This document shows positions 1 through 10,071 of a DNA stretch of 64,000 nucleotides, piece after piece; within the stretch, counting starts at the first letter, position 1, and every line of letters begins with the position of its first letter. The stretch covers positions 416,001 to 480,000 of the forward strand of contig CAWJCS010000004.1 in the NCBI GenBank assembly GCA_963841435.1, in the 5' to 3' direction. The stretch comes from an uncultured delta proteobacterium. Lineage in GTDB: Bacteria; Myxococcota_A; Polyangia; Polyangiales; Polyangiaceae. Under the pieces are notes generated by a model. It did no database searches. It was not told the origin of the DNA and was given only the letters and a program-made list of their open reading frames with translations. A program made the position numbers and the translations under genes.

Positions 1-2
1 CC

Positions 3-1436
3 TGGGTTTACGTCCGCCTCGGCGACTACCAGCGGGCGCAGCGCGCCCTCGAGGTGCTGAGCATCACCGATCCGAACAACCTCGATATCGCCGACGGCTC
101 GTTGTTGCGCGCCGACCTTTTGCTGCGCTCCGGGGAGTTCGACAAGGCGCTCACGCTGTATCGCTCGGTGCGCGCCCGGTTCGATCCGATTCGCGACCAG
201 GTCGACCACTTCATCGCCACGACCGCGGACCCTGCCTCCTACTACGACCGGCTCACCGTCGACCCGGACGTCCAGACCGACGACAAACTGCCCCCGATCG
301 CGCTCACCTGGGCTCGCGAGGCCGCCGAGGACGAGAACGTGTTCATCGTCATCGACGACGTGAACCGCTCGCGGGATCTCATCAAGCAGAGCCGGAAGCT
401 CGCGTCGCGTCTCAACGCGGTGCTCGCCGTCCCGACTCGTGCCAAGGCCTTCCCGGAGATTCGCGCGTCGCTCGAGTACGTGCTGAGCCTCTCGAACAAG
501 CTGGCGCGCGCCCGTCTCACACTCGCGCAAGGCATGGATGACGCTGCGGGCGACGTTGCGGGGGAGCTCGCGAGCGTTCGCCAGGAGCGGCGCTCGCTGA
601 TGCGGCGGCTCGGCTGGCTTCCGGTGACGTCCGCCGAGTTCGGTCAGCGCGACGAAGCGGGTGAACGCCAATGGAACAACGTGTCGCAGGCGCTCCAGCA
701 GTTGACGATCGAAGCCGACAAGCTGAGGGCCATGGTCAACGCGCTCAAGCGCGTGATGCGCGACGCCGACCAGTTCGGCGTGCGCGCCGATCCGGCGCTC
801 CGCGAACGTTATCGTCTGGAGATCGAGGCGAACGCCAAGGACCTCGAGGGGTACGAGCAACGCATCGATCAGTACCGGGACGCCATCGAGATGGGCCGCG
901 TCCAGTCGGGGTTCGGTGACCAGCGCTACGTCGAAGACGACCAAGTGCGGCGCCGGTTCCGCGAGCTGTTTTCGCGCGAGGTCGCCCTCTGTGCGGCCGG
1001 CCAAGACTCGGGTGACGCGGCCGACTATGCGCGCGCGATCCAGCCGCTTTTGGCGCGCGCGGACGTCGTCGATCTGCGCCTCGAAACGACACGCGCGGAG
1101 CTCGAGAAGAGCGCGCTCGCCCAGGCGGAGGTCCTAAAGTCGAAGATTGCCGAGGAGCTTGCGCAAGTGGAAGCGCGTGCAGCAAACCTCGACCAGGTCG
1201 ACCAGGAGGCTAGGCTCGTCGTGGGCGAGGTCGCGATGAAAAGCTTCGCCGCCATGCGAGATCGCCTGAAGGGTATCGTGCTCCGGTCCGATATCGGCAT
1301 CGTGCAAGAAGCATGGGAGGAGCGGGAGGAGCAGCGACTGCGCGTGAGGAACCTGCAGCGCGAGCGAGCGCGCGAGGAGCAGATGCTGAACGACGAGCTG
1401 CGCGAGGTGCTCGAGGACGCGGAGGAGGACCAATGA
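3..1436 (+). CDS. TPR/coiled-coil protein, 5'-truncated; Glt/Nfs-like cluster member (possibly GltC/NfsC-like)
   Basis: The frame is open from the window edge (WVYVRLGDYQRAQRALEVL, TPR-like), followed by long heptad-rich helices. Its stop overlaps the next ATG (ATGA at 1433-1436). Confidence 0.6.
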   Translation, partial: WVYVRLGDYQRAQRALEVLSITDPNNLDIADGSLLRADLLLRSGEFDKALTLYRSVRARFDPIRDQVDHFIATTADPASYYDRLTVDPDVQTDDKLPPIALTWAREAAEDENVFIVIDDVNRSRDLIKQSRKLASRLNAVLAVPTRAKAFPEIRASLEYVLSLSNKLARARLTLAQGMDDAAGDVAGELASVRQERRSLMRRLGWLPVTSAEFGQRDEAGERQWNNVSQALQQLTIEADKLRAMVNALKRVMRDADQFGVRADPALRERYRLEIEANAKDLEGYEQRIDQYRDAIEMGRVQSGFGDQRYVEDDQVRRRFRELFSREVALCAAGQDSGDAADYARAIQPLLARADVVDLRLETTRAELEKSALAQAEVLKSKIAEELAQVEARAANLDQVDQEARLVVGEVAMKSFAAMRDRLKGIVLRSDIGIVQEAWEEREEQRLRVRNLQRERAREEQMLNDELREVLEDAEEDQ

Positions 1437-4400
1437 ACGCCACTCGCGAAGGCTGGCTTTTCGGGCTCGGGCTGGGGCTCGCCGCGGCGCTCGCCGGCGG
1501 CGTTGCCAGCTCCGCTCCCAGTGAGACGGCCGCCGCGGCCACCGCGACGGCCCCTGCCGCGTCGGCGACGGCGGCTGCGGCCGCCGGAGCGTCGACGAGC
1601 GCGGCACCGGCCGCCACGGCTCCCGTGCCGCGCCCGGCCAGCACCATCCGTGCCCGCCAAGTCGTGCCGCGGCGCCCGCCGCCCACGCCCGACCAGCTCA
1701 AGGCATTTCAGATCCTCTCGGACGAGGCGCGGGTCTACGAGCGTGACTCGAAAGACTACCGGCGTCTTCTCACGATGGTGGTGCGCCATCACTACGAGAG
1801 CCGCCGCAAGCGCGTGCTCGCTTCGCTCGACCGCGAAATCAAGATCGAGAAGTACGGTCTCGAGAACGCGCGCAACGAGGCGATCTCCCGCCTCGAGGAG
1901 TTCGTCGCCCGTTACAGCGGCACCAACTCCGACCCCAAGGCGACGCCGGACGCCATGTTCCGCCTCGCTGCGCTCTACGAGGAGCGCGCCCGCGAGCGCA
2001 CGGAGGGCGACATTGCAACGGGGCTCGAGCCCGCGATCGCGCTGTACCGGCGACTGATCAAGGAGTACCCGCAGTACGAAGAGTTGGCGGCCGTTCACTA
2101 CTACCTCGGCCACGTGCTCACCGACTCCGGCCGAATCGACGAAGGCCAGCAGGCGTGGCGCGTGCTCGTTTGCCAGAATCACTTTTCGATCGCCGACGAC
2201 CCAAAGGACGCGGGCAAGCTCGTGGTCCAGCTGCTTCCCCAGGACCACGACGTGAAGTTCTGGAACGAGTGGAACGATCGCCACCCGATCCCGCTCGATC
2301 AAGATCGGCTGCTCTCCAAGAAGGCGAAGCGAGGCGCCAAGGCGACGCCCGACGAGGAAGAGCTCACCTACGTCTCGCCGTACGAGGGGTGCATCCCCGT
2401 GCCGCAGAACACCCCGCCGGGCGAGGATCCTCGCTACCTGGCCGAGGTGTGGTGGCAGCTCGGCAACTACCACTTCGACCAGATCGACCCGGCCGGCGGC
2501 CCCTACAACCTGAACCGAGCCGTGAGCGCCTACGATCGCGCGCTCGAGTACCAAAAGCCTCCGATCTACGGCGTCGCGCTCTACAAGCGCGCGTGGAGCT
2601 ACTTCAAGCAGCAGCGCTACCGCACCGCCGTCGACGAGTTCGTGAACCTGCTCCGCTACGCCGACGAGCAGGAGGCGAGGACCGGAGACCCGGGCGCCGA
2701 CTTCCGCGCCGAGGCTTATACGTACATCGCCGGCTCGCTCACCTACGTCGACTTCGAGGGGCCACCGCCCGAGCACCCCTACATCCCGCGGAGCGACGTG
2801 CTCGACACCGAGACCGATCCGCTGCTGGCCGAGCAGAAGATGGCGATCGCCATCGAGCGCGTCCAGGACCCCAAGCTGATCCCCCAGGATCAGAAGTGGA
2901 CCGTCGAGATCTACAAGTCGCTCGCGCAAGAGTTCATCGAGATCACGCAGAACCGCAACGCGGTCGCGATGCTCGAGCTGACCCTCAAGAAGTTCCCGCT
3001 GAACCGCGACGCGCCCGTGATGCAGAACAAGGTCGCCGACCTCTACGACGAGCTCTCGCGGCTCGCTCCCGACGGCTCGGCCGCCAAGATGGAGTACGCC
3101 TCGAAGGCGCTCGACGCCCGCACGCGGCTCGCCATCTACGTCGGCGCCAACACGCCGTGGGTGGAGGCGAACAAGGACGACCCCGAGGCGCTGCAAACCG
3201 CCGAGCAGCTCGTGCGTGGTGGTCTCAAGAAGGCCGCCGCCGACCACACGAACTTCGCGCGGAGCTACTACCAGCGCGCCCTCGAGCTCAACGACGAGGG
3301 CGAGCAGCGGGCCCTCATCGACAAGTCGATCGCCGAGTATCGCCTCGCCGATGCCGCCTGGGCCGGCTACCTCGAGCAGGATCCGACGGCGCTCGACGCC
3401 TACGAGAGCCGTTTCTGGCTGGCGGACGCGCGCTATTGGGTCGTCGTGCTGCAGGTCGCCCTGCAGCGCTCGCCTGACCCTACCGAGGTCACCCGCGCCC
3501 GCGAGGCCGCGGTCGACGTCCGCGATTCCAACGAGGACGACAAGTACCTCCAGCCGTCCGCGTATTACATCGTGACGCTCGCCGACAAGGTGCTCGAGGA
3601 CGAGCAGCGCAAGTTCGAAGCCTCGAACGGCGCTCAGGGCATCGAGAAGCGCGAAAAGGTCCGAACCGAAGGCGAGGGGGACAAGGTCCACGCCGTCCGA
3701 GACGAGCTGCCCGAGCCGGTGCTCGCGACGATTCGCGCGCGTGACGAGTACAACGATCGCCTGCCGGCCGACCGCGACCCGCAGAAGAACGGCTTACTCT
3801 ACGCGTTCCAGGCGGCGGACCAGTACTTCTTGTACGGTCAGTTCGCCGAGGCCCGCGCCCGCTTCAAGCCGCTCTACGACCAGTACTGCGGCAAGAACGA
3901 GTGGGGCTACAAGGCCTGGGAAAAACTCATCAGCATGGCGGCGCTCGAGAGCGACGCCCCCGAGAGCCGCCGCCTCGCCGAGGGCAAGAGCTGCGCGGTC
4001 GACGAGGAGACACGCAAGGCCGAGGAGTCCCTCCGCAAGCCCGTCAAGCAGGGCGTGGCCTACCTCGACGCGCGCAAGCTGTTCGAGGAAGCGGAGAAGA
4101 TGCCGGAAGGTCCGGCGCGCGACAAGAAGTGGCGCGAGGCCGCCGCGGCCTACAAGGTGGCGCTCGACGCAGCACCCGATCGCGACGAGGCGCCCGAGGC
4201 GGCGATGAACGGCGCCTATGCGTACAAGCAGGTCGGCGAGTACGACAAGGCCATCGAAATGTACGAGCTATTCATCGCGCGCTACGGCAGCGATGCCACA
4301 CTGGACAAGCTCGCCAAGGGGGACCCCACGGCCTCGCCGCCCGTCGCGCCCAACCCACAAAAGTACGAGACGCGCGTCAAGTACCTCAAGAACGCATACG

Positions 4401-5617
4401 ACGCTCTCGCGGGCTCCTACGTGCTGTTCTTCAACTATCCGCGCGCCGCCGAGACGTTCGACAAGATCAGCGCGACGAGTCGCTTCAAGGAGGACGACCG
4501 GCGCGAAGCGTCACGCCAGGCGCTCACGCTCTACTCGAGCCTTGGCGACCGGACCGCCATGACCAAGGCGCGCGAGAGCTTCGAGAAGCTCGGTGCCTCG
4601 CCCAAGGAGGTCGCGGAGGCGGACTTCATCGTGGCGAGCGCGGAGCTCAAGCGCTGGGATCGCTACAGCCCCGACACCGGCGCCAACGCAACGGCACGCC
4701 GCGCCGCGCAGCGCGCCATGGACGACTACTACGAGACGAACAAGGGACGCGATGCAGCCGCGCAATACGTCGTGCAAGCCGCCTACTGGTCGGCCGTGAC
4801 GCGACACGCCGTCCAACAGAAGGAGGCCGACAAGTGGTGGCAGAACACCATCGCCGCCTTCGAAAAGTGGCGGCGCTTCGCCCCGCAGAGCGGCGGCAAG
4901 AGCTCGGCGCTCAGCTCGCAGGAAGCCAAGATGGCGGCCGAGGGCGAGTTCACGCTTCTCGATCAGGAGATCGAGAGCAAGTTCGACTACGAGACCGGCC
5001 ACCACCGCTACAAGGGGACGGTTCTCGAGGTCATCAGGCAGTACCAGCAGGATGCGACGGGCGCGAAGGCCTGGTTCGACAAGCTGCAGCACGTGGCGGA
5101 TGCCTACGTGTCGCCCGAATGGACGATCGCAGCGATTTCGCGCCAGGGCTCGGTGTACGACTCGCTGCGTACGGGTCTTTACAACGTGCGACCGCCCGCC
5201 TTGAAGATGTTCGACGCCAAGACCGAATCGTTGCTCAAGCGGGCCGAGAACAGCGACGACCCCGATCTTCAAGCGAAGGCCGACGAGGCTCGAGTGCGCG
5301 TCCAGGAAGGGTGGCGTTCCAAGCGCGATCAGGAGCTCGACAGCGCTGATCGCATCATGGTCGATCGGTACGCAACGAGCGTCGTGCTCGCGAAGCGTTA
5401 CAACGTCTCGAACCCCGCCGTGGTGCGCGCCATCCGCCGGCTGGCCTTCACCACCGAGGTGATCGGCGAGGTGAAGATGAAGCAGTTTACCGGCAGCGTG
5501 AAGGAGCTCAACTACACCGAAGGGATGTTCCAGCGCATGCGACCCGGCCAGGTCTCGACCGCGCCGCCGCAGGGCCTGCCCGAGCCGCTCCCGGTGACGA
5601 TCGGAGGCGGGTCGTGA
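1433..5617 (+). CDS. Large secreted TPR protein, GltD/AgmU/NfsD-like
   Basis: The ATG at 1433 is coupled to the upstream stop. It has a signal peptide, an Ala/Thr/Pro linker and many TPR-like motifs (DAMFRLAALY, VHYYLGHVL, ALYKRAWSYF), and lies upstream of a TPR lipoprotein, a GltF-like and a GltG-like gene. Confidence 0.7.
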   Translation: MNATREGWLFGLGLGLAAALAGGVASSAPSETAAAATATAPAASATAAAAAGASTSAAPAATAPVPRPASTIRARQVVPRRPPPTPDQLKAFQILSDEARVYERDSKDYRRLLTMVVRHHYESRRKRVLASLDREIKIEKYGLENARNEAISRLEEFVARYSGTNSDPKATPDAMFRLAALYEERARERTEGDIATGLEPAIALYRRLIKEYPQYEELAAVHYYLGHVLTDSGRIDEGQQAWRVLVCQNHFSIADDPKDAGKLVVQLLPQDHDVKFWNEWNDRHPIPLDQDRLLSKKAKRGAKATPDEEELTYVSPYEGCIPVPQNTPPGEDPRYLAEVWWQLGNYHFDQIDPAGGPYNLNRAVSAYDRALEYQKPPIYGVALYKRAWSYFKQQRYRTAVDEFVNLLRYADEQEARTGDPGADFRAEAYTYIAGSLTYVDFEGPPPEHPYIPRSDVLDTETDPLLAEQKMAIAIERVQDPKLIPQDQKWTVEIYKSLAQEFIEITQNRNAVAMLELTLKKFPLNRDAPVMQNKVADLYDELSRLAPDGSAAKMEYASKALDARTRLAIYVGANTPWVEANKDDPEALQTAEQLVRGGLKKAAADHTNFARSYYQRALELNDEGEQRALIDKSIAEYRLADAAWAGYLEQDPTALDAYESRFWLADARYWVVVLQVALQRSPDPTEVTRAREAAVDVRDSNEDDKYLQPSAYYIVTLADKVLEDEQRKFEASNGAQGIEKREKVRTEGEGDKVHAVRDELPEPVLATIRARDEYNDRLPADRDPQKNGLLYAFQAADQYFLYGQFAEARARFKPLYDQYCGKNEWGYKAWEKLISMAALESDAPESRRLAEGKSCAVDEETRKAEESLRKPVKQGVAYLDARKLFEEAEKMPEGPARDKKWREAAAAYKVALDAAPDRDEAPEAAMNGAYAYKQVGEYDKAIEMYELFIARYGSDATLDKLAKGDPTASPPVAPNPQKYETRVKYLKNAYDALAGSYVLFFNYPRAAETFDKISATSRFKEDDRREASRQALTLYSSLGDRTAMTKARESFEKLGASPKEVAEADFIVASAELKRWDRYSPDTGANATARRAAQRAMDDYYETNKGRDAAAQYVVQAAYWSAVTRHAVQQKEADKWWQNTIAAFEKWRRFAPQSGGKSSALSSQEAKMAAEGEFTLLDQEIESKFDYETGHHRYKGTVLEVIRQYQQDATGAKAWFDKLQHVADAYVSPEWTIAAISRQGSVYDSLRTGLYNVRPPALKMFDAKTESLLKRAENSDDPDLQAKADEARVRVQEGWRSKRDQELDSADRIMVDRYATSVVLAKRYNVSNPAVVRAIRRLAFTTEVIGEVKMKQFTGSVKELNYTEGMFQRMRPGQVSTAPPQGLPEPLPVTIGGGS

Positions 5618-6924
5618 TCGCGCGCGCCGGTCGTCTGCTGGGGCCAGCCCTGCTCTGCTTTTTGGGCGCCTGCGGAGGTAGCCAGCAAGCGGCGCCGACC
5701 GCTGCGGCTCCGACCGCAGCCGCCACCGCTGCGGCCGCCGTCCCCGGTGCCGAGGGGGCTGCCGCGCCCGTCTCCGGCATGAGCGATGCGCCGACGAGCG
5801 GCGAATCGGCGGCCAATCGGCCCGCCATGAACGCGCAGGCCGCGCAAGCATACGCGGCCGGCACCGCGGCGTTCAAGTCGGGCGACTTGGCCGGCGCGAA
5901 GGCTCAGTTTTCCCGCGCGACGAGCGCCGACCCCAAGGCGTACCAGGCGTACTACTCGCTCGGTGTCGTCCAGGAGCGCCTCAACGAGGTCGGCAACGCG
6001 CAGGCATCGTATCGGCAGGCCACCGTCATTGTCCCCGACTACGAGCCGGCAATCTTCGCTTATGCCGTGCTCCTCGCGCGAGGCGGCAAGGGGGAGGCAG
6101 CGATGGAGTTCTTGAACTCGCGGCGCGCCTCCATGCCGAAGAGCGCCGCCGTCTCGGCTGCGATGGGCGAGGTCAAGTCGATCCAGGGCGACTCCGGTGC
6201 GGCGCAGCGTTTCGCCCAGGAGGCGCTGAAGAAGAACCCCGACTACGCGCCCGCCATGATTACGCTCGCCCGCGACCATTACCGGGCGCGCCGCCTCGAC
6301 CTCGCCCTTTACACGCTGAAGGCGATCCTCGACGGCTACGGTCCCGAGAATCCGCCGCGGGACAAGAACAGCGCCGAAGCACATCTGCTCCGGGGCTTGA
6401 TCCTCAAGGAGCAGGGCAATCGGCCCGCCGCGATCGAGGACTTCGAGAAGGCGCTGTCGGTGCGTCCCGATCTCGTGGAGGCACGACTTCAGCTTGCGGC
6501 CTACATGCTGGAGTCGGGCAATGCGACGGGCGCCGCGCCCCTGCTCGAGGGCGCGGTGCGCTATGACAACGGCAACGTTCTCGCGCACCTGAACCTCGGC
6601 GACGCCTACCGCCTGCTCGGTAAGGCCGACCAGGCGCGAAAGGAGCTCGAGTGGGTGCGGAAGGCCGACCCGCAGCTCGCTCAGGTCCACTACAATCTCG
6701 GCCTGCTCTACCTGTTCTCCGAGAGCGTTCCGGGCGTGACGCCGCAGCAGGCGACCGATCTCGCGATCGGGGAGTTCGAGCAGTACAAGACGATGCGGCC
6801 GCGCCAGGCCGGCTCCAACGACGACACCGAGGAGCTCTTGACGAGAGCCAAGGCAAAGAAGGGCATGTTGGACGCCGCTGCGGCCGAGAAAGCGGCGGAG
6901 GCGTCGCCGCCCGCGAACCCCTGA
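5614..6924 (+). CDS. TPR lipoprotein, GltE/AglT/NfsE-like
   Basis: Lipobox FLGAC, Ala-rich linker, tandem TPRs (AYYSLGVV, AHLLRGLIL, AHLNLGDAY, VHYNLGLLY); GTGA overlap with the upstream gene. Confidence 0.72.
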   Translation: MIARAGRLLGPALLCFLGACGGSQQAAPTAAAPTAAATAAAAVPGAEGAAAPVSGMSDAPTSGESAANRPAMNAQAAQAYAAGTAAFKSGDLAGAKAQFSRATSADPKAYQAYYSLGVVQERLNEVGNAQASYRQATVIVPDYEPAIFAYAVLLARGGKGEAAMEFLNSRRASMPKSAAVSAAMGEVKSIQGDSGAAQRFAQEALKKNPDYAPAMITLARDHYRARRLDLALYTLKAILDGYGPENPPRDKNSAEAHLLRGLILKEQGNRPAAIEDFEKALSVRPDLVEARLQLAAYMLESGNATGAAPLLEGAVRYDNGNVLAHLNLGDAYRLLGKADQARKELEWVRKADPQLAQVHYNLGLLYLFSESVPGVTPQQATDLAIGEFEQYKTMRPRQAGSNDDTEELLTRAKAKKGMLDAAAAEKAAEASPPANP

Positions 6925-6932
6925 GCAAAGGC

Positions 6933-7172
6933 ATGCAAATGTTGCGAGTTTCCCTGTCGGTCGCGATGCTCGTGCTCTCCGTCAGCGGCGTGGCGAGCGC
7001 ACAGAAGAAGGGTCGAGTGATCACCATCAGCGAGGTGACGATCGTCGGTCGTATTCAGAAGCCGATCGCCGCCGTCGACGTGAGCCGCATCCAGCCGAAG
7101 CTCACGCTGGCCGAGCTGAAGCAACCCTTCGTCGACCGAATCGAGAAGTCGATCTCGCACGATCCGTTCTGA
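6933..7172 (+). CDS. Small secreted GltF/CglF-like protein
   Basis: 79 aa: signal peptide followed by EVTIVGRIQKP...FVDRIEKSI, resembling GltF-family small proteins. Position between gltE-like and gltG-like genes matches. Confidence 0.65.
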   Translation: MQMLRVSLSVAMLVLSVSGVASAQKKGRVITISEVTIVGRIQKPIAAVDVSRIQPKLTLAELKQPFVDRIEKSISHDPF

Positions 7173-7191
7173 TCGGCGCGACCGACGCGGC

Positions 7192-7788
7192 GTGCCGATG
7201 GAACCTGCCTTGTGGCGCGTCGCGTCGCTCGTGGGCGCGGGGTGGGCGGTTGCGCTCGGGTGCCTCTTGCTTTCGGCGAGGCATCTCGGACGGATCCGTC
7301 GGGCCACGTCGCCGGGTGCCGAGAGCCTCGTCAGGCGCCTCGAGGCCGACGCCGCGGCCGGTGTGGACCCGGGACTCGGGCTCACGGACGTGCTCGAGGT
7401 CGCTGCCGACGCCGAGCGCGTCTTCGGCACGGCCCTCCTCGTGCCACGTGCCCTGTCGCGGGTGGCGCTGGCTTCGGGCACCGCGCTCTCCTTGCTGGCG
7501 CTCACGGAGCGTGTCGGCGCGGGAGGCATGTCGTTCGCCGTGGGAGCGCTGCTGACGTTTGCAGCAGGGCTGTCCGGCTCGCTCGGGTGTGCCGAGGTCG
7601 GCCGGAAGGCCAGGGACGCCGTGCGCGAAGCGCGCGGAGCGTGGAGAAGGGACCTGAACGCGGCCTCCCGTGCGTTTGGCGTCACGGTGGAGTGGACCGA
7701 GAGGAGGCGGGCGAGATATGGTGGTGATATTGGGAACGGGGCCGCGCGGCCCGCTGTCGGACTTCGATCGGAGGCCAAGCGTCGATGA
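7192..7788 (+). CDS. Three-TM membrane protein, possibly a degenerate MotA/TolQ/ExbB family member
   Basis: N-terminal hydrophobic helix, soluble segment, then two hydrophobic helices (ALASGTALSLLAL; VGALLTFAAGLSG). Its stop overlaps the gltG-like ATG. Confidence 0.5.
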   Translation: MPMEPALWRVASLVGAGWAVALGCLLLSARHLGRIRRATSPGAESLVRRLEADAAAGVDPGLGLTDVLEVAADAERVFGTALLVPRALSRVALASGTALSLLALTERVGAGGMSFAVGALLTFAAGLSGSLGCAEVGRKARDAVREARGAWRRDLNAASRAFGVTVEWTERRRARYGGDIGNGAARPAVGLRSEAKRR

Positions 7789-9194
7789 CCCAGGGACTTA
7801 CGCCAGGACAGCAACCCGCCCAGCGCCCAGGGCAGATGACCGCCGTCATGCGGGCGGTCGCTGCGACTGGACCCAAGGTGCTGCGCATCGGCGTGGTCCA
7901 GGGGGGCCGCGTGATCGAAGAGCGCATCATCAAGCAGCGCGTTCATGTCACTGTCGGCCCGAACGAGAAGAACCTGTTCGTCGTGGGCGGAGAGAGCCTG
8001 CCGACGACGTTTCGGCTTTTCGAGCTCGTCGGCAACGAGTACCACCTGAACTTTCTCGACGGCATGACGGGTCGCGTTGCCCTGCCGACGGGGATTTCCG
8101 ATCTCACGGTCCTCCGCGGCCAAGCGCGCCGAACGCCGCAGGGCGCCTACCAGGTGCGTCTCACGGAAGACTCGCGCGGCAAGGTCGTCGTTGGGGACGT
8201 GACGTTCCTCTTCCAGTTCGTGGCGCCACCGCCGGTCCAGCCGAAACCGCAGCTGCCCGTTGCCGTGCTGCGCGGTGCGTCGGGCATCGACTGGAACACC
8301 ACGATGATCGCGGCGCTTTCGTTCCTGGTGCATTTCCTCGCGCTCGGATCGATCTATTCGGATTGGCTCGACCCGGTCATCGATGACGAGGTGAGCGTCG
8401 CGAACCTCGTCGATTCGCTGAAATCGCTGCCGGCGCCTCCTCCGCCCGAGGAAAAAATGGTCGAGGACAAGACCGAGGACAAGACCGAGGAAAAGGTGAA
8501 GGAAGAGGCGAAGAGCACCGCGCCCTCCAACCAGAAGAGCTCCGACAGCGGCAAGGTGAGCGCTGCCGAGAAGGCGTCTCTCATGCAGGAAACCGAGCGC
8601 GTCATGCTCGAGACGCTCGCGGCCCTCAGCAACACGGGCCCCGCGACCGAGGGCGTGCTGAATCGCAGTGAGGTGGCCATGGGCGCCCTCGATGCGGCAG
8701 CGGCGAGCGACAAGGCCGTCGGCTCCGGCAGCGACCCGCTCGGTCTCGGACGAGCCGGCGGTGGGACGTTGCGTCCCGGTGAGCAGGGCGGCGGGCTCGG
8801 CGGTCTGGCCAGCACGGGTCGTGGCTCCGGTACTGAGGGCTCCGGCAATGCGACGAAGGTCGCTGGCCCCAAGGCGGGCAACCCCAAGCTGAGCCAGAGC
8901 GTCGCGGGCGGCAGCATCAGCAACGCCGCGAAGGTCGTCGCTGCGATGCGCGCAGCGTTCCGTGCCTGCTACCAGAGGGGTCTCGACCAGAACCCCGACG
9001 CCCAGGGCAGCATCAAGATGGGCATTCGCGTCGGGCCGGGCGGTGAGGTCACGAACGTGAGCGCCACGCCGTCCGGCAATCTGCCCCCGAGCGTCGTAGA
9101 CTGTGTGACCGCCCGCGCGCGCCGCGCGCAGTTCGATCCGCCCGAAGGCGGCGCGGCGACCGTCCAGGTCCCGGTCACGTTCGTCAAGCAGTGA
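7785..9194 (+). CDS. GltG/PglI-like protein (N-terminal FHA-like domain, TM, Gly-rich linker, TonB-like C-terminal domain)
   Basis: N-terminal VLRIGVVQGGRVIEER domain; TM with SFLVH (TonB/TolA-like S-x3-H); Pro/Lys/Glu- and Gly-rich linker; C-terminal FRACYQRGL...VVDCV...FDPPEGG..VPVTF. Confidence 0.75.
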   Translation: MTQGLTPGQQPAQRPGQMTAVMRAVAATGPKVLRIGVVQGGRVIEERIIKQRVHVTVGPNEKNLFVVGGESLPTTFRLFELVGNEYHLNFLDGMTGRVALPTGISDLTVLRGQARRTPQGAYQVRLTEDSRGKVVVGDVTFLFQFVAPPPVQPKPQLPVAVLRGASGIDWNTTMIAALSFLVHFLALGSIYSDWLDPVIDDEVSVANLVDSLKSLPAPPPPEEKMVEDKTEDKTEEKVKEEAKSTAPSNQKSSDSGKVSAAEKASLMQETERVMLETLAALSNTGPATEGVLNRSEVAMGALDAAAASDKAVGSGSDPLGLGRAGGGTLRPGEQGGGLGGLASTGRGSGTEGSGNATKVAGPKAGNPKLSQSVAGGSISNAAKVVAAMRAAFRACYQRGLDQNPDAQGSIKMGIRVGPGGEVTNVSATPSGNLPPSVVDCVTARARRAQFDPPEGGAATVQVPVTFVKQ

Positions 9195-9332
9195 GCGGCC
9201 CGTCAGCCGGCTCGAATGCCAGGCTGTGACCGCGCAACGAAAGCTGCATGCTGTCGTGTGCGCCGGTGCACCCTTGCTGGGCCATGCACAAGGAGCTCGC
9301 CGAAAAGTGGGCTCGTGCTGCAAATCCGCGCG

Positions 9333-9362
9333 TTGACAGGAGTCTTCGGGCGTTCCTATACT
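9333..9362 (+). promoter_or_regulatory. Sigma70-type promoter upstream of the beta-barrel/OPX module
   Basis: TTGACA (9333-9338), 18 nt spacer, TATACT (9357-9362); GGAGG-like RBS before ATG 9400. Confidence 0.65.
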
Positions 9363-9399
9363 CCGGCGTCGTTTTGAGCCGTATGGAGGGCATTGAGCC

Positions 9400-10002
9400 A
9401 TGAGCATTGGCGGAAAAGTACGGAGCTTCTGGGCCGCTCTCGCTGTTCTGGGGGCATTGAGCGCCGCGTTCGCTCAGGAGGCAGCCGCCCCGGCCGACCA
9501 GCCGCCAGCGGCCCCGGAACCGGGCGATTTGACGCCACCTCAAATGGTCTCGGCAGCGAAGGGGTTCTTGCCGGTGATGGATCGCAGCGCAACCGGGGTC
9601 CGGCGCCAGCTGTCCCTCGCACGCGAGCAGAAGGACGTGGTCAAAGCGCTCTGCCTCAACGACAAGCTCAACCAGATCGACCTCGCGATTCGCACGGCCA
9701 GTGACCGCATCCAGGGTCTCGAGGCCGCCGCCAACGCTAACGATCTCGAGCGATCGAAGCATCAATACACGGTGATCCTCGTCCTCAAGGACCGCGTGGC
9801 TGCCGTCGTGAGCGAGGCGAACCAGTGCATCGGCGAGGAGACCGGTTTCATTGGCGAGTCCAATGTCACGGTACAGATCGAAGACTTGCCGGACACGGAT
9901 CCCTCCGAGCTGCCGGACTACCCGTTGGTGAACGATCCGCCGATCGCGGGCGAGCCGATCCCGCCCCCGCCTTCGGAACCAATTAGTCGCAGCCTGCCGT
10001 AA
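9400..10002 (+). CDS. Secreted helical hypothetical protein (two Cys, Pro-rich tail)
   Basis: Signal peptide ending AFA-Q; helical core AREQKDVVKALCLNDKL...EANQCIGEE. Confidence 0.75.
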   Translation: MSIGGKVRSFWAALAVLGALSAAFAQEAAAPADQPPAAPEPGDLTPPQMVSAAKGFLPVMDRSATGVRRQLSLAREQKDVVKALCLNDKLNQIDLAIRTASDRIQGLEAAANANDLERSKHQYTVILVLKDRVAAVVSEANQCIGEETGFIGESNVTVQIEDLPDTDPSELPDYPLVNDPPIAGEPIPPPPSEPISRSLP

Positions 10003-10071
10003 TTGTAGTATGTAGCCGCAAGCGTTCGAGGTTCTTCAACCTTCTGCTTTACGGGTACCTGGGGCTACGAG

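Noticed and set aside
1025-9407. Very long antisense ORFs (1025-3691, 6708-9407) and similar ones elsewhere, such as 30434-32092 and 34626-36200
   Set aside because: These are shadow ORFs expected opposite GC3-rich genes, with no recognisable motifs.
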